Positions 1 through 7,397 are shown, counted from the first letter of the stretch. The stretch: 64,000 nt of DNA from a virus (IMGVR_UViG_3300010354_012181:8450-72449); one strand, 5' to 3'. Made by a program: numbers and translations. Notes: generated by a model from the sequence alone, not told the origin.

Positions 1-53
1 GGAAATATATTAGATTCAATAGAAAAAATTAAAAAGAAAAAGAAAGGTAAAAA

Positions 54-380
54 ATGACCGAATCACAAAAGTTTTTAGAAGATCTAAAAACTGGTGTTCG
101 ATTCATAGTGATCAATGATTGCTATGGCGGCTTTGGTTTGAGTGAAAGGGCTCAAACCGAATACAAGCGACTAGTAGGTATCACTGATCCGGATTGGTAT
201 GATAGAGATGTCTCCCGCGATGATCCTTATCTAGTTAAAGTCGTCAAAGAACTGGGGATGGCGGCTAATGGTCCTCATTCTAATCTCAAGATCGTAGAAA
301 TTCCCGGTGATATAGAATGGCTAATCCAAGAATATGATGGTGCAGAATGGGTGGCGGAGAAACACAGAACATGGAGTTAA
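54..380 (+). CDS. Hypothetical phage protein (INxCYGGFGLS...EYDGxE family)
   Basis: ORF with upstream AAGG RBS; motif pattern typical of small conserved phage proteins. Confidence 0.75.
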   Translation: MTESQKFLEDLKTGVRFIVINDCYGGFGLSERAQTEYKRLVGITDPDWYDRDVSRDDPYLVKVVKELGMAANGPHSNLKIVEIPGDIEWLIQEYDGAEWVAEKHRTWS

Positions 381-586
381 TTCGAAGAATCAGTTTCGGT
401 AAAGATAGATTTCACGAACAAGATGATATGATCGAATGGTGCAAACAGCACTGTGGAGAGGGTGGTTATCATGCCTTTACTAAAAGCGACGATGCTCGTT
501 GGAGTGTAGATCGTATGTTTGGCAATGCTCATTTTTTCTTTAAAGAAGAAAAAGATATCGTGCTGTTTTCTATGAGGTGGATGTGA
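371..586 (+). CDS. Small hypothetical protein, 'F-x-LRW' C-terminal paralog family
   Basis: ATG at 371 overlapping the previous gene end; C-terminus FFFKEEKDIVLFSMRWM. Confidence 0.7.
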   Translation: MELIRRISFGKDRFHEQDDMIEWCKQHCGEGGYHAFTKSDDARWSVDRMFGNAHFFFKEEKDIVLFSMRWM

Positions 587-843
587 ATCTGGAAAAAGAA
601 ATCTATAATGAACTAGCCACAGGGATGCAGAGTGAGATGGATTTCCATATCCTATCCGATATGCTGGTTCAAAGTTGCGGTTGGACTAGAGTAAATATCC
701 TTGAACAACAAGATAATTATCACGCTATTGATATTAGAGATTGGTGTAGAGAAAACACGAAGAACCCTTATGAATACAGAGGCACTAGTTTTGTCTTTCA
801 AGATCAAGGAGATGCTATAAATTTTTCACTGAGATGGTTGTGA
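577..843 (+). CDS. Small hypothetical protein, 'F-x-LRW' paralog family
   Basis: C-terminus FVFQDQGDAINFSLRWL; start may be GTG at 583. Confidence 0.7.
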   Translation: MDVNLEKEIYNELATGMQSEMDFHILSDMLVQSCGWTRVNILEQQDNYHAIDIRDWCRENTKNPYEYRGTSFVFQDQGDAINFSLRWL

Positions 844-1121
844 ATAATTACAATATAGTAGGAGACAGAATAGAAGAATGTAGAGAAGTTATAGTGCATT
901 CTTTTTCTATGGGAGATGTTGAGGATCCAGATCTCTATGCTGCCCAACCGTTATGCGAATGGGAACACAGTGAACTGGGACAGTGGGTGATGCAAAATGC
1001 AGTTGAGACTCCTACTTGGCACAGAATGGTGGATCAAACATCCTTCGGATATAAGTATCAGATTCGAGCCAAACTAATGGGCCCTGCACTGACAGAATGG
1101 TTTTTAAGATACGGTAAATGA
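834..1121 (+). CDS. Small hypothetical protein, divergent member of the same family
   Basis: Overlapping operon context; ends ALTEWFLRYGK. Confidence 0.7.
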   Translation: MVVNNYNIVGDRIEECREVIVHSFSMGDVEDPDLYAAQPLCEWEHSELGQWVMQNAVETPTWHRMVDQTSFGYKYQIRAKLMGPALTEWFLRYGK

Positions 1122-1372
1122 TTATTCCTCCTTATACCTTAGTAAAATCTCAAAAATCAGAAGAACATCTTAAAGTAGATGATCGTTTGATGTTGCTACT
1201 TTCTACCTATCACGTTATAGTTTTGTCTGATGATGATTTTGCAGAAAAACTTACTTGGTGTTTGGAACATTGTCAAAATAAATTTAGAGATTTAAGTGAT
1301 GCCAACGGTCGCGCTTGGTATTTTCAAAATGAACAAGATGCTATGATGTTTTCAATGCGATGGGCAGCATAG
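1118..1372 (+). CDS. Small hypothetical protein, 'F-x-LRW' paralog family
   Basis: ATGA overlap; ends WYFQNEQDAMMFSMRWAA. Confidence 0.75.
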   Translation: MIIPPYTLVKSQKSEEHLKVDDRLMLLLSTYHVIVLSDDDFAEKLTWCLEHCQNKFRDLSDANGRAWYFQNEQDAMMFSMRWAA

Positions 1373-1590
1373 ATAAAAAAATATTTTGGGTAGAAGGTGC
1401 GAGAAGATTAAGTCTTGCTGCCCGAGCAGAAATACAGCCTAGGGGTTGGGAAGTGGGATTAACCGAAACCGAAATGGATGCTGTTCACGAATGGGTAAAA
1501 GAACATAATTGCGGACGCAGGATAAGTTTTGATACATTTCAATTTAAAAACAAAAAAGAAATGACCATGTTCTTATTGAGGTGGGGATGA
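1360..1590 (+). CDS. Small hypothetical protein, 'F-x-LRW' paralog family
   Basis: Ends FQFKNKKEMTMFLLRWG. Confidence 0.7.
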   Translation: MGSIDKKIFWVEGARRLSLAARAEIQPRGWEVGLTETEMDAVHEWVKEHNCGRRISFDTFQFKNKKEMTMFLLRWG

Positions 1591-1808
1591 TCGTAGTCTA
1601 CCTCAACGACAGCAATATGGATTACGATATGGCCGTTGATTACTTCGACGAAGCAGGAGCATGGGCTACGAGACAATGTCAAACCTTTGTAGATTTCACT
1701 GTTCAGGATGTTTCTGATGTTTCAATGATGTTCGATCAAGTAGCAGAATACAGGTTTGGAGATCCAAAAGACGCACTACTATTCGAATTGAAATGGAAAA
1801 ATGCTTGA
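1587..1808 (+). CDS. Small hypothetical protein, 'F-x-LRW' paralog family
   Basis: ATGA overlap at 1587; ends YRFGDPKDALLFELKWKNA. Confidence 0.7.
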   Translation: MIVVYLNDSNMDYDMAVDYFDEAGAWATRQCQTFVDFTVQDVSDVSMMFDQVAEYRFGDPKDALLFELKWKNA

Positions 1809-1833
1809 CAGATCGCTAGTCTTATGTTATAAT
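1805..1833 (+). promoter_or_regulatory. sigma70-type promoter
   Basis: TTGACA(1805-1810)-17 nt-TATAAT(1828-1833) with extended TG. Confidence 0.85.
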
Positions 1834-1861
1834 GTAATATCATAAACACATAGGAGCAAAA

Positions 1862-2092
1862 ATGATCTACCAATTAGTGCTGATTACTAATCTAGGTATT
1901 ATGACACCTTTGGTAAATTTTCCAACCTGGGAAGAATGTCTTAGAGAACGGGCAAAGATCAGCAAGACCCAACAATACTCTGCTGAATGTTTACCCGCAC
2001 AAAGTCCCGAACAGATGCAGAAACAGATAGAATCTAGTATGAAAATGATGTTGGACACTTTGAACAAATTAAGTCAATCTCAAAAGCAGTAA
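1862..2092 (+). CDS. Hypothetical protein
   Basis: AGGAG RBS, downstream of promoter. Confidence 0.7.
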   Translation: MIYQLVLITNLGIMTPLVNFPTWEECLRERAKISKTQQYSAECLPAQSPEQMQKQIESSMKMMLDTLNKLSQSQKQ

Positions 2093-2107
2093 AATGGAGA
2101 GCAGTAA

Positions 2108-2512
2108 ATGAAAATTGGATTCAGTTTAGGGCGTTGCGTCCGCGATATTGTTAGTGGCGATGTTAGTATTGATGATGTAGCATTTGTAATCACTGCTACC
2201 AGTATCCATTCTCGTGATCAGATAGCTAATGTGATTGTTGCCTATCAGTCCGAGCCACAATATCTTTACGGACTGGATTACGATCGTTGCATGGAAGTGG
2301 CCTATGCTCTTTGGGATACTAATAGACTGCTACAGCCTCGCAGGCAAGGTGTACATCGTCATCAGCAACCAGAAAATTCTGTATGGGTAGATATGTTTCC
2401 TACAGTATTAAGTAAAAACGAAAGTGTCAAGAAAGCCTGGGATGCCTACAGATTTATGATACATATGGTAGAGAACGTAGAGACGGAGGCTACGGAAGTT
2501 TTTAAAACATAG
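2108..2512 (+). CDS. Hypothetical phage protein
   Basis: GGAG RBS; 134-aa ORF. Confidence 0.75.
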   Translation: MKIGFSLGRCVRDIVSGDVSIDDVAFVITATSIHSRDQIANVIVAYQSEPQYLYGLDYDRCMEVAYALWDTNRLLQPRRQGVHRHQQPENSVWVDMFPTVLSKNESVKKAWDAYRFMIHMVENVETEATEVFKT

Positions 2513-2521
2513 GAGAGCGCG

Positions 2522-2695
2522 ATGATCAAAGAAGGATCTAAATGGACCACAACAGATGGTAAAGTATTTCATGTATTACACTGTATAGAGTTAGATGGAC
2601 ACTTGTGGGTCCATTACATCTCTGAAACTAATGCAAAGGAATATAGTTGTTATGAAGAGAGTTTTCTCGAAAGGTTTCATCCTTTAGCAGAATAA
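2522..2695 (+). CDS. Small hypothetical protein (57 aa, MIKEGSKWTTTDGKVFHV...), not in ORF track
   Basis: AGGAG RBS at ~2510; fills the gap between two genes exactly. Confidence 0.7.
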   Translation: MIKEGSKWTTTDGKVFHVLHCIELDGHLWVHYISETNAKEYSCYEESFLERFHPLAE

Positions 2696-2697
2696 AA

Positions 2698-3087
2698 ATG
2701 ATATATAACCTAGACGGTGTTCAGATCATGATGCTGATCTTGCTGATGTTGCAGATCAAGCATTTTCTTGCAGATTTTTGGTTGCAAACTGATCAAATGA
2801 TCAGGGATAAAGGAATCTATGGAGCCCGTAACGGGATATATCACAGTCTCATCCATGCTATTGGAACGTTTATTGCTTTTTTAATTTTAGATCCTTACAT
2901 CGCATTTACGATGTCAGTTTTGGATTTTTTAATACATTATCATATAGACTGGACCAAAAGTTTTATCAATAATAGATATGAACTTAATAGCGAAAATCCA
3001 AAATTTTGGTTTTGTTTTGGAGCGGACCAAATGGCACATCAATTAACCTACCTTTTTTTAGTCGGGTGGGTTTTTTTCGTTTTTTAA
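2698..3087 (+). CDS. DUF3307-like membrane protein
   Basis: KHFLADFWLQ, HSLIH, HYHIDW, DQMAHQ His/Asp motifs in a hydrophobic protein. Confidence 0.75.
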   Translation: MIYNLDGVQIMMLILLMLQIKHFLADFWLQTDQMIRDKGIYGARNGIYHSLIHAIGTFIAFLILDPYIAFTMSVLDFLIHYHIDWTKSFINNRYELNSENPKFWFCFGADQMAHQLTYLFLVGWVFFVF

Positions 3088-3131
3088 ATAAACAGATGCT
3101 ATAATAAACAAAAGGATAAGTAAAGCAAACG

Positions 3132-3707
3132 ATGGAGCATCGGGTGAAAAAATTAGAAGATTTCATAGCCGAAGATCGGATTGATCTCAAACTGCTTGAA
3201 AATAGCACACATTTTCTTAACGGAGAAATCGATGAAGATTCTGTAGGGGCAGCAGTAAAATGGTTGATCTACGAAAATCTCGATACTAGCAAAGAAAAGA
3301 TCTTGACTCTGTACATTAACTCTACAGGAGGCGATTTGTATCAGGCATTTGGATTGATCGATATTATGCAGGCCAGTCCTCATGTGATTAGAACTATAGG
3401 TATAGGTGCAGTAATGAGTGCTGCCTTTTTAATTTTTGCATCGGGTGATCACGGACAGAGATTAGCGGCTAAAAATACCAGTTTTATGTGTCATCAATTC
3501 AGCGAAGGTATAGATGCCAAATATCATGATATCAAGGCTACAATGAAAGAAAACGATCTGTGTAATGAAAGAATGATATTGCTGTTAAAAGAAGCCACTG
3601 GTCTTGCACCTAGTGTAATTAAAAAGAAATTACTACCAGCGTCAGATGTTTATTTGACTGCAGAAGAGGTTGTCGATCTGGGAATAGCTGACAGCATCTT
3701 GGAGTGA
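3132..3707 (+). CDS. clpP: ClpP-like serine protease (S14)
   Basis: LYINSTGG, AVMSAA (Ser), FMCHQ (His), DVYLTAEEVVDLGIAD. Confidence 0.85.
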   Translation: MEHRVKKLEDFIAEDRIDLKLLENSTHFLNGEIDEDSVGAAVKWLIYENLDTSKEKILTLYINSTGGDLYQAFGLIDIMQASPHVIRTIGIGAVMSAAFLIFASGDHGQRLAAKNTSFMCHQFSEGIDAKYHDIKATMKENDLCNERMILLLKEATGLAPSVIKKKLLPASDVYLTAEEVVDLGIADSILE

Positions 3708-3714
3708 GAACTTT

Positions 3715-3954
3715 ATGAATATAGTACCTATAGAATCGAAAGCTAAAAAAGAAGAAGAACGCAAAATAGCGATGTTAGATGTTTTAACTGTGATAAAAAA
3801 ACAAATAGAAGATGGAAAAATTAAAGAATTCGTAGCCTGTTCGCTGAACGATGAGGGAGATGCACAAATCCATGTCAGTTGTCTTGATCTTGTTGGCGGC
3901 GTAGGACTTTTCGAAGTTGGTAAACACTTACTTATTGAATTGGATCAATCGTAG
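3715..3954 (+). CDS. Hypothetical protein
   Basis: ORF in operon context. Confidence 0.7.
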   Translation: MNIVPIESKAKKEEERKIAMLDVLTVIKKQIEDGKIKEFVACSLNDEGDAQIHVSCLDLVGGVGLFEVGKHLLIELDQS

Positions 3955-3986
3955 CAAAAAAGCCACATTTATTGGCGAAAAAATTC

Positions 3987-4015
3987 TTGACAGATAAATA
4001 AACTGACAATATAAT
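3987..4015 (+). promoter_or_regulatory. sigma70-type promoter of the tRNA-array leader
   Basis: TTGACA(3987-3992)-17 nt-TATAAT(4010-4015); predicted start ~4022 coincides with an ATG. Confidence 0.88.
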
Positions 4016-4021
4016 AATACT

Positions 4022-4129
4022 ATGATGAACAAACTTCATTCAATTATATCTAGCATTAAACAGATGGCCTATACATGGTCAGTACCCTGCTTTGGTCTAG
4101 AGAATGATCGTATGAGGGGTTCCGCATAG
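4022..4129 (+). CDS. Putative attenuator leader peptide containing all 20 amino acids (MMNKLHSIISSIKQMAYTWSVPCFGLENDRMRGSA)
   Basis: Leaderless ATG at the predicted TSS; residues 12-30 are 19 different amino acids; last codons and stop overlap the antiterminator 5' arm. Confidence 0.8.
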   Translation: MMNKLHSIISSIKQMAYTWSVPCFGLENDRMRGSA

Positions 4130-4161
4130 TCTAATAAGAAACTAGATTTATACGGGACCCC
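4116..4161 (+). promoter_or_regulatory. Putative antiterminator hairpin
   Basis: GGGGTTCCGCATAGTCTA (4116-4133) pairs with TAGATTTATACGGGACCCC (4143-4161), sequestering the CCCC of the terminator. Confidence 0.75.
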
Positions 4162-4191
4162 AGGATTAAAAACCCTGGGGTTTTTGTTTTT
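4158..4191 (+). terminator. Intrinsic terminator (attenuator)
   Basis: CCCCAGG-ATTAAAAAC-CCTGGGG followed by TTTTTGTTTTT. Confidence 0.88.
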
Positions 4192-4204
4192 ATAAAGGAA
4201 AAAA

Positions 4205-4384
4205 ATGCAAACAAAAGAAATAGATTACACAAAACTGAATGAACGCATCGTTGAACAGGCTTACGATTCTGCTTTCCGTATGACAGAAGAACAGACTCGC
4301 AAACTTATTCAAGATAAGTTTGAAAGAGCCAAAGCGATGAGTGACGCCATAAAGGCCAGTCCTGTGTGGCACACTGATCGATAA
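4205..4384 (+). CDS. Small hypothetical protein (59 aa, MQTKEIDYTKLNERIVEQAY...), not in ORF track
   Basis: AAAGGA RBS just after the terminator; open frame to TAA at 4382-4384. Confidence 0.7.
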   Translation: MQTKEIDYTKLNERIVEQAYDSAFRMTEEQTRKLIQDKFERAKAMSDAIKASPVWHTDR

Positions 4385-4394
4385 TATTCAGTTA

Positions 4395-4620
4395 TAAAGT
4401 GTGAATGGGAAACGAGGTCCCGGAGCGCACTCAAAACATGCTCCAAACGGGCGGACCTGAGGATGGAGTTCTTCTTGTAGAACAAAAAATTCAGGAGTAG
4501 TAAAGCATATTGGAGATAAGCTCGGTACTGTCTGCAGACGGAACGCCTCGCCCAGTATGCTTTACTACACACTCTCCACCTCCGCCTGCACAGCGGTTGA
4601 CAGCATAGCGGGAGAGTGAT
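4395..4620 (+). ncRNA. Putative structured non-coding RNA(s) at the head of the tRNA array
   Basis: GC-rich intergenic tract; stems AGTGTG/CGCACT, GGGA/TCCC, possible GGAG/CTCC pseudoknot, 17-bp 4497-4513/4552-4568, CACTCTCC/GGAGAGTG. Confidence 0.6.
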
Positions 4621-4629
4621 AAAATTTTT

Positions 4630-4718
4630 GGATAGGTGCGCTGAATTGGTTGAAGGCAACGGACTGTAAATCCGCCACATAAGAAACATTGTAGGTTCGA
4701 ATCCTACCCTATCCACCA
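4630..4718 (+). tRNA. tRNA-Tyr(GTA)
   Basis: Cloverleaf, anticodon loop CTGTAAA, long V arm, GGTTCGAATCC, CCA end. Confidence 0.92.
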
Positions 4719-4725
4719 ATATTAT

Positions 4726-4754
4726 TTGACTTTTTTCTTTTTTGATGTTATAAT
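4726..4754 (+). promoter_or_regulatory. sigma70-type promoter (leaderless downstream gene)
   Basis: TTGACT-17 nt-TATAAT with TG; ATG 6 nt downstream. Confidence 0.7.
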
Positions 4755-4760
4755 AACAAT

Positions 4761-5528
4761 ATGAAAATAAAAATTGCTCTTAGTTCGTTTTTGCTAACAG
4801 TATGTTTATCCGGATGCGGAGCCACTCTAACAGCCAAAGATGGCACAAAAATGCCTGTGAGTGTTTCTGAGTATAGAGCATATAGAGATAAACCGGCACC
4901 AACAGTTTTAATTTCACATGGCAGCGACGGTGTTCAAAAACATCACGTAGAATGGGCTAAAGAAATACAATCTTGGGGCTTCAATGCTGTGGTGATCGAT
5001 CATTATTCCTTACGCGGAATATCAATGCACATAGGCATTGTGTTACCTAATATGAGAGGTGAACATAGGGCACGTGATATAGTGGAGGCAGGGAGATGGG
5101 CGAAATCTCAAACTTGGCATAAAGGCAAGATTTCTGTAATTGGCTTTAGTCAGGGAGGTAGCGGTGTAATGGCATTAGTAAATGGAAAAGACAGAGAGTA
5201 CAATAAAATACTGTTAAAAGGTGAGGAGATGCCAATCGATTCGGCCGTAGCATTTTATCCCGGTTGCAGTATAAGCTTTCCTCCGTTAACTCCTAGTATG
5301 CCAGTGCAGATGCATCTTGCAGGAGAAGATACTCTGGCTTTGACTAGTTATTGCGAACCATTAACAGATAAAAATTATACGGTACATAGATACAATAATG
5401 CTACTCATGCCTTTGATGTATATTTAGGATCATTTAAACCTAAATTTTATCATAGATATGATCCTAACATTACTGCCGTTGCCAAAAAAAATACCAGAGA
5501 TTTTTTAGTAAAAAACTTAAAAGAATGA
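4761..5528 (+). CDS. Dienelactone hydrolase-family alpha/beta hydrolase, lipoprotein-like signal
   Basis: LSGC lipobox; HGSDG, GFSQGG nucleophile elbow, AFYPGC, ATHAFD. Confidence 0.85.
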   Translation: MKIKIALSSFLLTVCLSGCGATLTAKDGTKMPVSVSEYRAYRDKPAPTVLISHGSDGVQKHHVEWAKEIQSWGFNAVVIDHYSLRGISMHIGIVLPNMRGEHRARDIVEAGRWAKSQTWHKGKISVIGFSQGGSGVMALVNGKDREYNKILLKGEEMPIDSAVAFYPGCSISFPPLTPSMPVQMHLAGEDTLALTSYCEPLTDKNYTVHRYNNATHAFDVYLGSFKPKFYHRYDPNITAVAKKNTRDFLVKNLKE

Positions 5529-5529
5529 T

Positions 5530-5672
5530 CATTTAGAAGTAGCACAGCTCGTGAGGCACCGATCAAGCCTAACCTTGTCCAAAGCGGAAAGCCTGTGATA
5601 CTAGTAATGTCAGCCTATAAGGTTTGACACATCAGGTAGCAAGAGGATAGTAAACTGTGTTACTCCTAAATG
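5530..5672 (+). ncRNA. Putative structured ncRNA closed by an 18-bp stem
   Basis: CATTTAGAAGTAGCACAG (5530-5547) pairs with CTGTGTTACTCCTAAATG (5655-5672); internal hairpin TGTCAGCCT/AGGTTTGACA. Confidence 0.6.
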
Positions 5673-5746
5673 GTCCCATAATATATCGGTTAGTATACTG
5701 GCCTGTCACGCCGGAAGGATGGGTTCGACTCCCATTGGGACCGCCA
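5672..5746 (+). tRNA. tRNA-Asp(GTC)
   Basis: Cloverleaf, loop CTGTCAC, CCA end. Confidence 0.92.
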
Positions 5747-5787
5747 AATTTTTTACATGACAAGTTTTTTCTGATAAGTAGATTTAC

Positions 5788-5863
5788 GCCGGTTTAGCAC
5801 AGTGGTAGTTGCAATCGCCTTGTAAGCGATAGGTCGTCAGTTCGAATCCGACAACCGGCACCA
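5788..5863 (+). tRNA. tRNA-Thr(TGT)
   Basis: ATCGC-CTTGTAA-GCGAT, CCA end. Confidence 0.92.
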
Positions 5864-5869
5864 TTTTAA

Positions 5870-5945
5870 TGTCCTGTAGATCAGTCGGTAGATCAGCGGA
5901 CTGTTAATCCGTGTGTCGGTGGTTCGAGCCCACCCAGGACAGCCA
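5870..5945 (+). tRNA. tRNA-Asn(GTT)
   Basis: GCGGA-CTGTTAA-TCCGT, CCA end. Confidence 0.92.
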
Positions 5946-5961
5946 ATTTATGGAGTGTTGT

Positions 5962-6114
5962 ATGCCGATGTATGAAACAACTGTAAGAACACCGCAAGGT
6001 GAAGAAAAGAAACGTGTTTACGCGAAAGACGTAAAAGAAGCAAAACAACTTTTCGAACAACTTTACGGTGGTCCTAGAGCAGTTCCTTATATACCGCACA
6101 TAGTACCAAGTTAA
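5962..6114 (+). CDS. Small hypothetical protein (50 aa) inside the tRNA array
   Basis: GGAG RBS at ~5952; MPMYETTVRTPQGEEKKRVY... Confidence 0.65.
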   Translation: MPMYETTVRTPQGEEKKRVYAKDVKEAKQLFEQLYGGPRAVPYIPHIVPS

Positions 6115-6116
6115 TT

Positions 6117-6190
6117 GGGGGATTAGTTAAATGGGATAACATCGGCTTTGCAAGCCGAGATTAACAGTTCGATTCTGTTATCCTCCACCA
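6117..6190 (+). tRNA. tRNA-Ala(TGC)
   Basis: TCGGC-TTTGCAA-GCCGA; G3:U70 identity pair; CCA. Confidence 0.92.
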
Positions 6191-6205
6191 AGTTGTAAAT
6201 TTTTT

Positions 6206-6284
6206 CCGGGTGTAGCTTAGTCTGGCTTAAAGCGCCTGCTTTGGGAGCAGGAGATCGTGAGTTCGAATCCCACTTCCCGGACCA
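6206..6284 (+). tRNA. tRNA-Pro(TGG)
   Basis: CCTGC-TTTGGGA-GCAGG; some stem mismatches; CCA. Confidence 0.88.
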
Positions 6285-6289
6285 ATTTT

Positions 6290-6364
6290 GCATCGTTAGT
6301 TCAGCGGTAGAACGTCGCCCTTACAAGGCGAATGTCAGTGGTTCGACTCCATTACGATGCACCA
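6290..6364 (+). tRNA. tRNA-Val(TAC)
   Basis: TCGCC-CTTACAA-GGCGA; CCA. Confidence 0.92.
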
Positions 6365-6371
6365 TATAAAT

Positions 6372-6447
6372 ATCTCGCTAGTGTTTAACGGCAGCACGTC
6401 GGTCTCCAAAACCGAAAGACGGGGTTCAAATCCCTGGCGAGGTGCCA
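6372..6447 (+). tRNA. tRNA-Trp(CCA)
   Basis: TCGGT-CTCCAAA-ACCGA; CCA. Confidence 0.9.
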
Positions 6448-6453
6448 AAATTT

Positions 6454-6528
6454 GCTCGGTTCGTCTATCGGTTAGGACACCGCCCTTTCACGGCGGGAAG
6501 AGGGGTTCGATTCCCCTACCGAGTACCA
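6454..6528 (+). tRNA. tRNA-Glu(TTC)
   Basis: CCGCC-CTTTCAC-GGCGG; CCA. Confidence 0.92.
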
Positions 6529-6533
6529 AATAT

Positions 6534-6607
6534 GCGGGATTAGTTTATTGGTAAAACAGAACCTTGCCAAGGTCCAGTGACCAGTTCGATTCTGGTATCC
6601 CGCTCCA
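6534..6607 (+). tRNA. tRNA-Gly(GCC)
   Basis: Loop TTGCCAA; GCGGGAT/ATCCCGC, U73, CCA. Confidence 0.9.
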
Positions 6608-6614
6608 AGTTTTT

Positions 6615-6714
6615 GCCTCTGTAGCTTAATCGGTAAAGAAGCGAGCTTATACCTCGCCAAAGCACCGGCCAGATAAGCCGGCGTGTGCAGGTTCGAGTCC
6701 TGCCAGAGGCACCA
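6615..6714 (+). tRNA. tRNA-Ile(TAT) with long variable arm
   Basis: GCGAG-CTTATAC-CTCGC; V arm with CCGGC/GCCGG stem; CCA. Confidence 0.8.
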
Positions 6715-6768
6715 ATATCATTATAAATTTAGTACAATTTATTTTAGGGTAAGTATTAGATATAAAAT

Positions 6769-6846
6769 GTGTCGGTGGCAGAGAGGCCCAATGCAAGAGT
6801 CTGCAAAACTCTAAAACCGTGAGTTCGAATCTCACCCGGCACTCCA
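6769..6846 (+). tRNA. tRNA-Cys(GCA)
   Basis: AGAGT-CTGCAAA-ACTCT; U73; CCA. Confidence 0.9.
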
Positions 6847-6851
6847 ATATT

Positions 6852-7397
6852 ATGAAACAATTTAATTATAATCATCTTAATAATTTTATAGCAGGTTGGT
6901 ATATTGACAATAATATTTGTGATGCTATAGTTTCTAAAGGAGAAGATAATTTATTATTATTTTCTGCAGGAATAAAAGAATATACAAACTGCGATTTAAA
7001 AAATTTTGACGTTATATTAAATGATTTATATTCTAACCAACTCACTAAAGTGTTGGAAGAATACAAAAAAATATATCCTTACTGCTTTAAAAATTTGAAT
7101 ACTTGGAAATTTACTCCGCCTCGAATTCAGAGATACGATCCAGGAAAATCATACAGTGAAATTCATTGTGAAAATAACGGACAGACCTTGTATCAAACCA
7201 GGCACTTAGTTTACATGACGTATCTTAATGATATTACAAATGGTGGAGGTACTGAATTCCCCTATCAAAATTTAACTACTCCTCCAGAAAAAGGTTTAAC
7301 CTTAGTTTGGCCGGCGGGTTGGACACATCAACATCGTGGTATAGTTAGCAATAAAGAAACAAAGTATATAATTACTGGTTGGTGCTGTTTTGATTAA
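6852..7397 (+). CDS. 2OG-Fe(II) oxygenase (prolyl 4-hydroxylase-like)
   Basis: IQRY..H.E, YMTYLND, GGGTEF, WPAGWTHQHRG, KYIITGW; ATG at 6852 after tRNA-Cys. Confidence 0.88.
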   Translation: MKQFNYNHLNNFIAGWYIDNNICDAIVSKGEDNLLLFSAGIKEYTNCDLKNFDVILNDLYSNQLTKVLEEYKKIYPYCFKNLNTWKFTPPRIQRYDPGKSYSEIHCENNGQTLYQTRHLVYMTYLNDITNGGGTEFPYQNLTTPPEKGLTLVWPAGWTHQHRGIVSNKETKYIITGWCCFD

